A stretch of DNA of 64,000 nucleotides from the human T2T-CHM13v2.0 reference genome, Homo sapiens. A model generated the notes under the pieces. The model was not told the DNA's origin. It saw nothing but the letters and a program-made list of their open reading frames with translations, and searched no databases. The position numbers and the translations under genes are program-made. The stretch lies in assembly GCF_009914755.1 (NCBI RefSeq), contig NC_060936.1; one strand, written 5' to 3'. Below are positions 18,766 through 39,554 of this stretch, in pieces. Within the stretch, counting starts at the first letter, position 1, and each line of letters opens with the position of its first letter.

Positions 18766-19313
18766 TGTCAGAGGCGTATGAACCAGAGCAACTCCATCTT
18801 AAACAGGCTGGGTAAAATGAGGCTAAAACCTACTGGCCTGCATTCCCAGATGATTAAGGCATTCTAAGTCACGGGATGAGATAGGAGGTCAGCACAAAAT
18901 ACAGGTCATAAAGACCTTGATGATAAAACAGTTGCAGTAAAGGAGCCGGCCAAAACCCACCAAAACCAAAATGGCCACGAGAGTGACCTCTGGTCGTCGT
19001 CACTGCTGTGCTCCCACCAGCGCCATGACAGTTCACAAATGCCATGGCAAAGTCAGGAAGTTACCCTGTATGGTTTAAAAAGGGGAGGCATGAAAAATCC
19101 ACCCCTTGTTTAGCATATCATCGACAAATAACCATAAAAATGGACAACCAGCAGCCCTCGGGGCTGCTCTGTCTATGGAGTAGCCGTTCTTTTATTCCTT
19201 TACTTTCTTAATAAACTTGCTTTTACTTCACACTGTGGACTTGACCCATTATTTCTTGTGCGAGATCCAAGAACCCTCTGTTGGGGTCTGGATTGGGACC
19301 CTGTCCTGTAACA
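18766..19313 (+). mobile_element. MER41A 3' LTR
   Basis: TGTCAGAGGCGTATGAAC...CCTGTAACA; AATAAA at 19210-19215. Confidence 0.9.
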
Positions 19314-19317
19314 ATAG

Positions 19318-19815
<498 letters not shown>

Positions 19816-19909
19816 TAACTGTCTAAATATATTTTTCTCTCTCTCTCTCTCTCTTTTATTTTAAGAGACGGGTGTCTCACTTTGTTACCCAGGCTGGAGT
19901 GCGCCTAGC

Positions 19910-21130
19910 CTTTTTTTTTCCCTTCAACTTTTAAGTTCCAGGGTACATGCACAGGATGTGCAGGTTTACTACATAGGTAAACATGTGCCATGATGGTTTG
20001 CTGCACAGAACAACCCATCACCTAGGTATTAAGCGCAGCATCCATTAGCTGTTCTTCCTGATGCTCTCCCTTCCCCCACCGCACCCTCCTCCACAGGCCC
20101 CAGTGTGTGTTGTTCTCCCACCATGTGTCCCCGTGTTCTCACCATTCAGCTCCTACTTATAAGTGAGAACATGCAGTGTTTGATGTTCTGTTCCTTTGTT
20201 AGTTTGCTGAGGATAACAGCTTCCAGCTCCATCCATGACCCTGCAGAGGACATTATCTCTTTCCTTTTTATGGCTGCATAGTATTCCATGATATATATGT
20301 ACATGTTCTTTATCCAGTCTCTCATTGATGGGCATATGGGTTGATTGCATGTCTTTGCTATTGTGAATAGTGCTGCAGTGAACATATGTGGGCATGTATC
20401 TTTATAATAGAATGATTTATATTCCTTTGGGTATATACCAATAATGGTATTGCTGGGTCAAATGGTATTTCTACCTGTAGGTCTTTGAGAAATTGCTGCA
20501 CTGTCTTCCACAATGGTTGAACTAATTTACACTCCCACCAACAACGTAAAAGCATTCCTTATTCTCCAAACCTCGCCAACTGTTGACTTTTTAATTGCCA
20601 TTCTTTTTTTTTTTTTTTTTTTTTTTCGAGACAAAGTCTCATTCTATTGCCCAGGTTAGAGTGCAGTGGCACAATCTTGGCTCACTACAACCTCCGCCTC
20701 CTGGGCAGCCTCCCAAGTAGCTGGGACCACAGTCACCCACGATGCCAGCTATTTTTTTTTTTTCTTGAGACTGAGTCTTGCTCTCTTGCCCACGTTGGAG
20801 TGCAGTGGTGCAATTTCTGTTCACTGCATCGTTTCCGCCTCCTGGGTTCAGGCGATTCTCCTGCCTCAGCCTTCCAAGTAGCTGGGACTACAGGTGCCCA
20901 CCACCACGCCTGGCTAATTTTTGTATTTTTAGTAGAAATGGGGTTTTGCCATATTGGCCAGGCTGGTCTCAAGCTCCTGACCTCAAGTGATCTGCCCGCC
21001 TCGATCTCCCAAAGCGCTAGGATTACAGGTGTGAGTCACCATGCCAGGCCGGTAATCGCCATTTGACTGACGTGAGATGGTATCTCATTGCGGTTTTGAT
21101 TTACATTTCTCTAATGATCAGTAATGTTGA
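19910..21130 (-). mobile_element. L1P (older L1PA/L1PB) 3' end interrupted by Alus
   Basis: ORF2 C-terminal remnants in the ORF track (CWWECKLVQPLWKTV; MFTAALFTIAKT; MEYYAAIK) plus L1 3' UTR. Confidence 0.85.
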
Positions 21131-21159
21131 GCTTAAAAAGCTCTTAGTTTATTGCCTAA

Positions 21160-21526
<367 letters not shown>

Positions 21527-21858
21527 TGACATTCTCTCTATGTCAGCAAGATCTCAGCCCACCATTTCTCAGTTCCTTCTATTCCCATTGATGGTGCTTT
21601 TGAAGCGGTGTTTCACTACTCCCTTGTTTCTGCCTGACTTTGGGTTATCTCCTGTTAAGCTTATATATGCTAACTGGGGGCTTACTTTATTTTTACAGAA
21701 AATGCATTCGTACATATAAAATTTATTCTGTATTGAACAAGTTTTTAACACATTGTTAATCTTAACCTTAATTTTAGAAATAATAGCTTTAAAAAAGTGA
21801 ACAAATAAAGGTTACATTCTGATAACATCAGTAAAACAGTATGTACTGTTGTTTATGA

Positions 21859-22185
<327 letters not shown>

Positions 22186-25100
22186 TGAGCCACCGTGCCT
22201 GGCCAAGAGCTTTATTTGATATGTTGATTCTTCATGTATACAATAATGGAAAATATGTTATCTTTTGTTTTTTTTTTTTAATTGAGATAATGGGCTGTCT
22301 CTGTGTTCCCCAGGCTGGTCTCGAACTCCTGGGGGACTCAAGCAATCCTCCTGCCTCAACCTCCTAAGTAGCTGGAATTACAAGTATGCACCCTGTTAGT
22401 TATCTTTTTTGTAGGAAAGGTGGTTATAATTATTGTCTAAAATGTTACTTGCTGATTATAGTGGCTTTTACTGTTGATATGTGTGGTTTTTTTTTGATCA
22501 TATTAGTTTCTATTAGAAGTAGGAATGTATCTTACTTTTCTGAAACAGGGTCTTGCTGTCACCCAGGCTGGAATGTTAGTGGCATGATAATGGCCCACTG
22601 CAACCTCAACCTCCTGGGCTCAAGTGATCCTCCAGTATCAGTGGGCACCCCCATCTCCAGCACCCCCACCTCCTGCAGTATCTGGGACCACAGGCATGCG
22701 CCACCACACCTTGCTAATTAAAATTGTTTTTTTTTTTTGTAGAGACGAGGTCTTGCTACATTGTCCAGGATGGAGAAGTAGGAATTCTTAAGGATATTGT
22801 TATGGAGGGAAAAAAATCAGTGAGTCAGAGCAAAACAAAAGTATCATTTCTAGTAATTAACAAGATTATAAAAACTCTTTTATAGTTTCAGTGCTTTAGG
22901 ATTACATCTTTTTTCTTCTTTGCTCTGTATTCTAATTTATGTCTTCTGAAGTGGAGTATTTAAAAGGTATTTTTAGTAGAGATATTTGCAGAAGGTACAT
23001 GATTTTGTCTTTTCTGTTTTTATATTAGTCTGTGGGATTACCTTGTATTAGTGTAGATTAAAAAGCACTGAATTGGCCAGTGTGGCTGATGGCCTGTAAT
23101 CGCAACACTTTAGGAGGCCAAGGTGGGTGGATCGTTTGAGCTTAGGAGTTCAAGGCCAAAACCTCGTCTCGACAAAAAATTTTAAAAATTAGGCTGGGCA
23201 CGGTGGCTCACGCCTGTAATGCCAGCACTTTGGGAGGCCGAGGAGGGCGGATCATGAGGTCAGGAGATCAAGACCATCCTGGCTAACACAGTGAAACCCC
23301 GTCTTTACTAAAAATACAAAAAATTAGCTGGGCATGGTGGCGGGCGCCTGTAGTCCCAGCTACTCAGGAGGCTGAGGCAGGAGGGAGAATGGTGTGAACC
23401 CGGGAGGTGGAGCTTGCAGTGAGCCGAGATCGTCCCACTGCACTCCAGCCTGGGTGACAGAGTGAGACTCTGTCTCAAAAAAGAAAAAAAAAAATTTTTT
23501 TTAATTAGCCAGATATGGTGATGCATGCCTGTGGTCCTAGCTGCTTGGGAGGCTGAGGTGTGAAGATCACTTGAGCCCAGTAGATTGAGACTGCAGTGAG
23601 CTGTGATCACACCACTGCACTCCAGCCAGGGTCACAGAGCAACACCCTGTCTTTAAAAAAAAAAAAAAAAAAAGAAGGAAAACACTTGAGACTCTGGTAA
23701 ATGGATGGACAAATGATATGACCAGATAACTCATACAACTAATGGAGAATTAAAGAAATATGAAACAATGTATATTTTTTACCTATCATTAATTATTTTA
23801 AAAAAATTTCTATTGCTTTCTTACGTGCTTTTGATAAACTACAATTCATTCAGAAAACTTTAAATATTTCCAATTCCCTTACATTAAGTAATTCTCTTTT
23901 TTGGAACTTACAGAAAAAAATCTTAATTACAGAGAAAGGTTTATGCACCAAAGATGTTCATGACAGTATTGTTTTAGTAAAAAATACAATTTATGCACAT
24001 TCCCTGGATGCTGTATTATAAAGCCTTTATTTATTTATTTTTGAGATGGAGTCTGGCTCTGTTGCCCAGGCTGGAGGGCAGTGGGCAATCCCAGTTTACT
24101 GCAACCTCTGCCTCCCGGGTTCAAGCGATTCTCCTGCTGAGTAGCTGGGATTACAGGCATGCGACACCATACCCAGCTGATTTTTTGTAATTTTAGTAGA
24201 GATGGGGTTTCACTGTGATGGCCAGACTGATCTCGAACTCCTGACCTCAGATGATCTGCCCACCTCGGCCTCCCAAAATGCTGGGATTACAGGCATGAGC
24301 CACACTGCCCAGCCTATGTAGCCTTTAAATATGTTTCTATTTAAAACCTAGAAAATATGTATGATAAATGAAAACAGGATACAAAATATGAGGATACAAA
24401 GTAGTACATGTAGTATGGTTATGACTTTAAGAAGTTGTGGAAATAGAAGACTAAAAGAAATTAGACAGTAATGTGATTAATATCTGTCATCCTTTTTTCT
24501 TTCTATTGTGTATTTTCCATGTAAGAAGAAAAAGACTAGTGGTGTATTTGAGGGGAAAAAAAATTTAAACTACTTTCTGTCTGAAGCGATTTCATGCTTT
24601 TTTCCATTGACTAAAAACAAGAGCTTCAATTCATTTGTTAAAAATGAATTTGGGCTGGGCATGTTTACTTATACCTGTAATCCCAGCACTTTGGGAGGCC
24701 GAGGCAGACAGTAATTACTTGAGCCTACGCATTCAAGACCAGCCTGGGCAACATGGCAAAACCCCATCTGTACAGAAAAGACCCCCCCCAAATTAACAAG
24801 GCATGGTGGTATGCACCTGTAGTCCCAGCTACTCAGGAGGCTGAGGTGGAAGGATGGGTTGAGCCTGCGAGGTCAAGGCTGCAGTGAGCCGAGGTTGCAC
24901 CACTACACTCCAGCCTGGGCAACAGTGTGAGACCCTGTCTCAAAAAAAAAAAAAATGTTTTCTGACTTAGAAAAAAGGAAGAAGAAAATATGTAGGCTTA
25001 AACTCCACAGTTATTAATTCAATGAAGCCTGGCAGCTACCTAGCTGCCCTCTCTCTCTCTAATTGTGGAGAAATATACGTACCGTGGAATTTACTATCTT

Positions 25101-25345
25101 TTTTTTTTTTTTTTGAGACAAGGCTGAAGTGCGGTAGTGTGATCTCAGTTTACTGCAGCCTTGACTCCTGGGCTGCAGCAATCCTCTCGCCTCAGCCTCC
25201 TGAGTAGCTGAGACTACAGGGGCATACTACCACGCCCAGCTAATTTTTTATTTTTTGTAGAGACGGGCTCTCACTATGTTGCCAGGTCTGGTCTCAAACT
25301 CCTGGGCTCATGTTATTCTTGTGCCTCAGCCTCCCAATGTGTTGA

Positions 25346-25564
<219 letters not shown>

Positions 25565-25684
25565 TAGTAGAGACATGGTTTCACCATGTTGGCCAGGATG
25601 GTCTCGATCTCTTGACCTCGTGATCCACCCACCTCGGCCTCCCAAAGTGCTGAGATTACAGGCGTGAGCCACCGCGCCTGGCCA

Positions 25685-26700
25685 TATTAACCATTTTTAA
25701 ACATACAGTTCTATAGTGTTAAGTACATTCACAGTGTGTACAACCAATGTCCAGAACTTTTTTTTTTTTTGAGACAATCTCCCTCTGTCACTCAGGCTGG
25801 AGTGCAGTGGCACAATCCACTCACTGCAACCTCCACCTCCCGGGTTCAAGCAATTCTTGTGCCTTAGCCTCCCAAGTAGCTGGGATTACAGGTGCTTGCC
25901 ACCACCCCTGGCTAATTTTTTTTGTATTTTAGTAGAAACCATGTTGCCCAGGGCTGGTCTTGAGCTCTTCAGCTCAGGCAGTCCGCCCATATTGGCCTTC
26001 CAAAGTGCTAGGATTACGGCCTTGAGCCACCATGCCCAGCCCAGAACTTTTTCATGCCCATTAAACAGCAGCTCTCCATTTGCTCCTTCCCTTAGTCCCT
26101 GATAGCCACCATTCTATTTCCTGTTTCTGTGGAGTTTTGCTACTCTAGATACGTCAAGTTAGTGGAATCATAAAGTTTTTGTATTTTTATGACTGGGTTA
26201 TTTGACTTAGCACAATATGCTCAAGGTTCATCCATGCTGTAGCATGTGACAGGAGTTTCTTCCTAAGGCTGAACAATATTCCATTGTATGTACAGTCACT
26301 ATTTTATTTATCAATTCATCCACTGATGAATATTTGGGTTGCTTCCACCTTTTGGCTATTGTGAATAATAATGCTGCCATGAACATAGGTGTACAAATAT
26401 TCTTCTCCTTGAGACCGTGCTTTCAATTCTTCTGGATATATACACCACCAAGTGAAATTGCTCTATTTTTGTTTGAGGAACTGCCATAGCGTTTTCCATA
26501 ATAGCTGTACCACTTTACATTCCCACCAGCACAGTAGTGTACCAGGGTTCCAGTTTCTCCACATCCTTGCCAACACTTAGTATTTTCTGTGTCTTGATAT
26601 TACCCATTCTAATGGGTATGTATGAGGTGATATTTCGTTGTAGTTTTCAGTGCATTTCCTTAATAGTGATATTGAGCATCTTTTCATAAGCTTTCTGGCT
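25685..26700 (-). mobile_element. L1MB-like 3' region
   Basis: Typical L1M 3' text (gggttgcttccaccttttggctattgtgaataa; cattcccaccagca). Confidence 0.75.
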
Positions 26701-27306
26701 AGCCCTCTCTCTTTTTTTTTTTTTTGGCCTTTCCAGGTAACCTTTAAAAACATTAAATTCTGTCTAAATCTTTTACCAGCTTGTTAGTGGTTCTCTCCCT
26801 ATTTGCCGTATTTGATCTCTCATAGCTCATTTATTCTCATTCTTACCTAGCCTACATATCCTGAAGTTGATTATCTAAGTTTTCTAGAACTTATTTAGAA
26901 CCTCCTTAGGTATAGTTTTATTTATTTGTTCAACTTTTACTCAGTAAATTCTCTATATAAAAAACTATATGTACACTTAGAAACTTCCCTAGACTAGAGA
27001 CAGATATGTTTGTGTCCATAGACAGGAGGACTGTCATCATTCTTCAATGGGATAACGTTTGCAAACTTAGTCATCATAATTTATGTTTATATGTGCCTTT
27101 TATTAAACTTAAACATGTTTTTGTGGGCCAAAATTCAAAAAATTTAAAGAAAATGCACAGTCCCCTTTCTATCTCTATACCATTGCTACCAGTTCTTTTC
27201 CATTGAGGCAACTAAATGATCAATTTTTATATGATTCTATAGTATACTGTAAACATTCTGTATCATATTTAATTTTAACGGACTTTTTTCCCCCTTATAG
27301 TTGATT

Positions 27307-27399
27307 ATGGAAGATTCCCACAAGAGTACCACGTCAGAGACAGCACCTCAACCTGGTTCAGCAGTTCAGGGAGCTCACATTTCTCATATTGCTCAACAG
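27307..27399 (+). CDS. ATF1: ATF1 exon 2 coding part (aa 1-31; exon starts 27301)
   Basis: Acceptor ttttttcccccttatag|TTGATT, strong Kozak attATGg; translates MEDSHKSTTSETAPQPGSAVQGAHISHIAQQ; donor CAG|gtaagg; phase 0. Confidence 0.98.
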
Positions 27400-27481
27400 G
27401 TAAGGGAGGGACTGGCCAAAATACTGAGCTTGTTAGGAATATTTTATATGCAGATTAATCTCGTTTCAGACTGATTATTAA

Positions 27482-27806
<325 letters not shown>

Positions 27807-27956
27807 TAATGTTAAAAAAAAAAAAAACAAAACAAGCAAAGGCCAGGCGCAGTGGCTCACGCCTGTAATCCTAGCACTTTGGGAAGTCAGGGCGGGCGGA
27901 TCACGAGGTCAAGAGTTCAAGACTAGCCTGACCAACATGGCGAAACCCTGTCTCTA

Positions 27957-28244
<288 letters not shown>

Positions 28245-28258
28245 TTAAACGAAGTATA

Positions 28259-28926
<668 letters not shown>

Positions 28927-29104
28927 TAGCTGGGTGTGGTGGCACTACAACACCTGTAGTAACAGCTACTTGGCTGAAGCAGGAGGATTGTTTGAGCCCA
29001 GGAGTTCAAGGCAGCAGTGAGCTATAATCATGCCACTGCACTCCAGCCTGGGTGACAGAGTGAGACGCTATCTCCAAAAAAAAAAAAAAAAAATCATGCA
29101 TGAG

Positions 29105-30432
<1,328 letters not shown>

Positions 30433-32033
30433 ACCCAAAGGGGTTAGTCCTTTAAGCTTGATATATCCTTCTGCCTTATTTGGCTATATCTGTGAAGAAT
30501 AGCAGTGTCTTCTCCAGATGGTGCTAGAAAAATAAGGTGGAGTCTTTCTTTGATTATTTTTCTGTTAATAGAGCACTTTACAGAAATGTTCTAATTCAGT
30601 TGGCTTACTTATATCTATATTTCAGTTATTTTAGTTAGATGTGACTCTTCAAATTTCCTCAGAAGCATATTTACGGTGAAGTGGAATAAATACATTTCTA
30701 GATAGTAAATCATTTTATAGTGATTTTTAAAAATAATATGGTTGGCAGGCTGGGCACAGTGGCTCATGCCTGTAATCCCAGCACTTTGGGAGGCCGAGGC
30801 GGGTAGATCACGAGGGCAGGAGTTCAAGACCAGCCTGGCCAAGATGGTGAAACCCCGTCTCTACTAAAAATACAAAAATTAGCTGGGCATGGTGGCATGC
30901 ACCTTTAATCCCAGCTACTCGGGAGGCTGGGATAGAGAACTGCTTGAACTGGGGAGGTGGAGGTTGCAGTGAGCCGAGATCATACCACTGTACTCCAGAC
31001 TGGGCGACAGCGCAAAACTCCGTCTGAAAAAAAAAAAAAAAAATGGCTGGCCACGGTGGCTCACACCTATAATCCCAGCACTTTGGGATGCTGAGGATCA
31101 CTTGAGCCCAGGAGTTTGACACCAGCCTGGGCAACATAGTGAGACTCTGTCTCTACTAAAAAATAAAAAAATTTAGCCAGGTGTGGTGGCGTTTGTCTGC
31201 AGTCCCAACTACTCAGGAGGCAGAAGGGAGAGGACCACCTGAGCCCCAGAGGTCAAGGCTGCAGTGAGCCGTGATTGCACCATTGCACTCCAGGCTGGGT
31301 CACAGCATGATCCTGTCTCAAAAAAAAAAAGAAAAAAATTATGTAAAGGAAACAGTATTTTATAATAATTCAGTATAAACTGGGGATATAGCAGTGAACA
31401 AAATTCTCAGCTTTCATGTATCTTATATTCTAATTTTGGAGAGACAGGCAACAAAACCTATCAGTTGGTAATATGTGCCATGGAGACAAATAAAGCAGGA
31501 TAGGAGAGATAGGGAGTTGGTGGTGGGGACAGGGGACTTCTCTTTTTATACAAGGTAGACAGAGACATTTGTCTGAGGAAATACTTGTTCAATTATATGG
31601 ACCAACAGTTGTAAAACTGTGAGACTAATATGTGCTTGATATGGTCAAGGAACACTGAGGTGGCCAGTGTGTTGGGAGAGGGATGGATAGAGGATGAGGC
31701 AGAGAGGGTTGGGGTGCGAAGAGGGGAGAGTGCCAGATAATGTAGGCCATATACCACTGTAAAATTTTTGTGTTTTGATCTGGGTGACGTGGGGAACCTT
31801 TAGAGTGTTTTGAGTAGAAACGTTATCTGGCGTATCTTAAAAGAATCACTCAGACTGCTTTGTGGAATAGAAACAGGAAACTAGTTAGAAGGCATTACAG
31901 TAATGTACATGGGAGATGACAATGGCTTGGACCAGTGTGGTAGCTGGGGTAGTGATGAGACAAAGTTAGATTCTGGATATATATTGGTTGTAAAGCCAAT
32001 AGTATTTGCTTTTGGATTGGATGTGGAGTTTTA

Positions 32034-32213
32034 TTTTTTATTTATTTATTTATTTATTATTTATTATTATTATACTTTAAGTTTTAGGGTACATGTGCAC
32101 AATGTGCAGGTTAGTTACATATGTATACATGTTCCATGCTGGTGTGCTGCACCCATTAACTCATCATTTAGCATTAGGTATATCTCCTAATGCTATCCCT
32201 CCCCCCTCCCCGC
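32034..32213 (-). mobile_element. Very short 5'-truncated L1PA (3' end)
   Basis: L1PA 3' UTR with perfect 16-bp TSD tggatgtggagtttta (32018-32033 and 32214-32229). Confidence 0.9.
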
Positions 32214-32439
32214 TGGATGTGGAGTTTTAAATAAAGGAACGAGCCAAGATTGACGTCACAGTTTTGGTTTGAGCAACTGTTAAGAATGAAATTACTTGAC
32301 CCGGGCGTGGTAGTGCATGCCTATAATCCCCTCTGCTTGGGAGGCTCAGGTGGGAGGACTCCTTGAGCCCAGGAGTTCCAGACCAGCCTGGGCAACATAG
32401 TGTAGACTCACCCCATCTCAAAAAAAAAATTATATATAT

Positions 32440-32444
<5 letters not shown>

Positions 32445-32490
<46 letters not shown>
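32445..32490 (+). repeat. (CA)23 microsatellite
   Basis: Perfect dinucleotide run read directly. Confidence 0.97.
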
Positions 32491-32493
<3 letters not shown>

Positions 32494-33354
32494 GTATATA
32501 TATAATTGCCATTTATTGAGATGGACAATGCTGGATGATGTTTTCCATTTCTTTTTGGGGGAATGTTGGCAATCAGGAATTTGGTTTTTAGGCATGTTAT
32601 GTCTGTAATATTATCTGTGTTGGTTTTCTGTGCTGCAGAACAAATCACCACAAAGCTAATAGCTTAAAACAACACACATTTATTATCTCACAGTTTGTGT
32701 GGGGTCAGGCATATCTTAACTGGGTTCTTTGCTTTGCGGTCTCACACCAAACTGCAACTGAGGCATTGGCTAGGGCTGAGTTCTTAGCAGGAGGCTAGAC
32801 TAGAGAAGAATCTACTTCCAAGGTCACTTAGTTTGTTGGCAGAATTCTTTTCACTGTGGCTGTAGGACTGAGTGCTTCAGTTTTTTGGTTGGTTCTTGGC
32901 TGGAGGCTGCCCATAGCTCCTAAAGGCCACCAGTAACTCCCTGCCACGTGATCCTCTCCGTATGCAGTTCACAGCATAGCAGCCTGCTTCAAGTCCAGCA
33001 GGAGAGTGAGAGCAAGTCTGCTAGCAAGACAGTCTTATACATAATATAATCAAAGGAATGACATCCCATTTCCTTGTGATAAAACATGACATCCCATCAT
33101 CTTTGCTTAATAAGGTTGGTTAGAAGCAAGTCACAAGTCCCTCCCACTCTCAAGGGGAGAGGATTAGACAAAGTCCCAAACACCAGGAGCTGCAGATCAT
33201 GGGGGCCACCCTAAAATCTGTTGGGCAGACCATCCAAGTAGATTTATCCAGTAGGCAGCTAGATATATGAGTCTGGGGTCCAGGAGAGAGGTCCAGACTA
33301 GAAATCTAAATTTAGGAGTTGTGGCTATATAGGTGGTATTTATAATTATGGGAT

Positions 33355-35085
<1,731 letters not shown>

Positions 35086-35772
35086 GTGTAGTGTGATCAA
35101 AGTCATGTGACTAGATGGGATTACTGAGAGGTAAGTATTGTAGAGATGAGTCAATGGATCTGGGCTTCTTTAGCATTTGGAGTTTGGGGACATTGAAGAG
35201 GGATTGTCAGTGAGGTAGGAGGAAAATCAAGAGTAACTCAAATATTGGAAATCAGAATGAGTGATGGTCAGCTGTGTAAAATGTGGCTGATAGGTCAAAT
35301 AAGATGAGGAATAAAAATTAACTATTTTATAGCCAATCTTTTTTTTTTTTTGACATAGGGTCTCACTCTGTCACCCAGACTGGTGTGCAGTAGTGTGAAC
35401 ATAGCTCACTGCAGCCTTGACCTCCTGTGCTCAAGCAATCCTCCTGCCTCAGCTCCCCAAGTAGCAGGGACCACAGGTGTGTGCCATCATATCCGGCTAA
35501 ACTTTTTGTATTTTTTTGTAGAGATGGGGTTTTGCAGTGTTGCCCAGGCTGGTCTCAAACTCCTAAGCTCAAATAATCTGCCCACCTCAGCCTCCCAAAG
35601 TGCAGTGCTGGTATGCGTGAGCCACTGCACCTGGCCCTGTTTTTTTTTTTTTGGAAACCGAGTATTATTCTGTTGCTTAAGCTGGAGTGCAGTGGCATGA
35701 TCATATTTCTTTGGCCTCAAATTCCTGCCCTCCAGTGATCCTCCTGCCTTTGCCTCCTGAGTAGCTAGAGCT

Positions 35773-36215
35773 GGTTCCTGTTATTCACAGATTCTGTATT
35801 TGCAAATTTGCCTACTTGATAAAATTTATTTCTAACTCCAAAAACACTCACGGCACTTTTGCGGTCATTCATGGACATGTGCAAAGTGGCAAAAAATTTG
35901 AGTCACTCCTATATTCCTGGCTGAGGTCAAACAAGGTGATGCTGTGTCTTCTTGCATCAGCTCTCATAGTATAAACAATTGGCCTCTTTGCGGTCTAGTT
36001 AGTATAACTACATTTTTTGCATTTTTCTCCTTTTTGTTGGTGATTTTGCTATTTAAAATTGACTCCCAAGTGTAGTACAAAGTGCTATCTTGTGTTCTAA
36101 GTGCAAGAAGGCTGTGATGTGCCTTATGGAGGAAATACATGTGTTAGATAAGTTTCATTCAGGCATGCGTTACAGTGCTAGCGACTGATACGTAGTTCAG
36201 TGTTAATGTATATTA
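35773..36215 (+). mobile_element. Tigger-family element (MER82-like)
   Basis: ttattcacagattctgtatttgcaaatttgcctact...gctgaggtcaaacaagg matches a recalled Tigger-derived consensus. Confidence 0.55.
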
Positions 36216-36589
36216 AATGAGGTTTTTTTTGTTGTTTTTTTTTTTCGGAGACAGAGTCTTGCTCTGTTGCCTAGGCTGGAGTGCAGTGGTGCAATCTCAA
36301 CTCACTACAACTTCCACCTCCACTTCCTGGGTTCAAGCAGTTTGGGTAGCTGGGACTACAGGCGTGCGCCACCATGCCCCGCTAATTTTTGTAATTTTAG
36401 TAGAGACGGGGGTTTCGCCATGTTGGCCAGGCTGGTCTTGAACTTCTGACTTCAGGTGATCTGCCCACCTCGGCCTCCCAAAGTGATTACAGGTGTGAGC
36501 CACCATGCCTGGCCTGTTTACTATTTATTTTTATTTGTTCCTGCTCTATTTTAGATTTTGGACTGATAATTTAGAATCTAGAATCTTTA

Positions 36590-36977
<388 letters not shown>

Positions 36978-37371
36978 TTAGATTATCAGGTTTGAGAGTG
37001 GGGTTGGGAAGAGAATCAGGACTTTGAGACCCTGAGTAATGAGCATTTTGTGAGGTTAGACGAACCGTAGTAATAAGGGATAGGGACTACCACTAGCTAA
37101 ATCAAAATCTGGTGCCTATTTTCCTTTTCAACCTGACAGACCCATAGCCTGCATTAAATCACATGGATTGCCAGAAACCTTTGAGGAATGATGGCCCTTA
37201 GTCTTTTAGAAATGTAGATTAATCCTATCATACGCTCTCTCCATTAGCTGAGTGGCTTCAGTTATTGAAAGGTGGGGAGACGTTTTGTTAATGTTTTCCA
37301 AGTGTAATGGTAACTCTAGAGCTGGACTCTCAAGACTTGTGGGTTCTATTTTTTTTTTTTTTTTTTTTTGA

Positions 37372-38288
<917 letters not shown>

Positions 38289-39554
38289 GTTCTTAGTGGC
38301 TGGATAAATTTTATACAGAATTTCATGACCCTAGGCATTTTGAGGGATGATGAGACTGGGGTTTGTTTAATCTAGTCTTGGGATGAGGAAAAGAACTTTC
38401 AGTGAAAGAAGAAAGGGAACAGGAAGGCTGGGTGCGGTGGCTCACGCCTGTAATCCTAGCACTTTGGGAGGCGGAGGTGGGCGGATCACCTGAGGTCAGG
38501 AGTTCGAGACCAGCCTGGCCAACATGGGGAAACCCCGTCTCTACTAAAAATACAAAAATTAGCTGGGCGTGGTCACGCATGCCTGTAATCCCAGCTACTC
38601 TGGAGGCTGAGGTAGGAGAATCGTTTGAACCCAGGGGTGGAGGTTGCAGTGAGTCTAGATCGTGCTACTTCACTTCAGCCTGGGAAGGAGTGAAACTCAG
38701 TCTCAAAAAAAAAAAAAGAAAAACAGGGAAAGCAGTATTCTTGGAGCCCAATGTGAAGAAGGAGAACAGGGGAGCAGGAAGGAAGCTTACTTTCAAGTCC
38801 TGAGAAGTAGTCCAGGATTTTATTTTGTGATTTAAATCCAAGAGTAATGGTATGGACCAGAGTAGTCCAGAGGAAGGCATGAGATCTCTGTTAACTGAAA
38901 ATATTTGAGAAAGCTTTTTGGAAGAGGTAGGACCTGAGGTGAGCCTGGAGGGATGATGAGTGGACTTTTCTTAGTTTAGCATTTTATCATGGTATTTCCA
39001 TGAAACCGCATCTGATTTCAACAGAAATAAATTACAATTTCATGATTCAGTCATTTACTTGAAATATATATATATATTTTTTCAAGATGCTGCCCGAAGT
39101 TGGTGTTTCACTCACTTTTTGTCTCTTGGTTTCTTGGTTAGTTTTCAACCATATCTCTTCAGAATAGCATGTGCTAAAGATTCTCCATGTTTTTGCACAA
39201 TCAGTTCCTCTGCCTAAAATACCTTCCAGTCCCCTAACTCCTGCCCCTCCATACATACCCTCAGGTAATTGTTAATTATTCAAAACCCAGATGAAATAAC
39301 ACCCTTTCTTTGCTCCCACAGAACAGTACTTTGTAATTTTCCTCTATTATAACTCTTACTCTATTTGTTATAGTTAGTTTGTACTCTCAATCCCTAGTTC
39401 AGCCTCTGGTCAATAGAAGGTACCTAATGTTTGGTTAATGATGCGATTAAATATAATCAGCTCTGAAATGTGTTTCCAGTGTTAAGAACTCAGCTATCTT
39501 ATGTGCATAGGTACAATATATATTTTGTTAATTGAATTTGTATTTGTTCTATTG

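Larger units (their letters stand above)
31375..33350 (+). mobile_element. L2 fragments with nested L1PA, Alu monomer and MLT1-like LTR (~32603-33230)
   Basis: L2-like text (ggggatatagcagtgaacaaaa; gtaggcagctagatatatgagtctgg); MLT-like text (aacaacacacatttattatctcacagttt). Confidence 0.6.

Noticed and set aside
20146-20555. L1 ORF2-like ORFs
   Set aside because: Short, frameshifted remnants.
32227-32651. ORFs with (CV)n or (TH)n runs
   Set aside because: Microsatellite translation.
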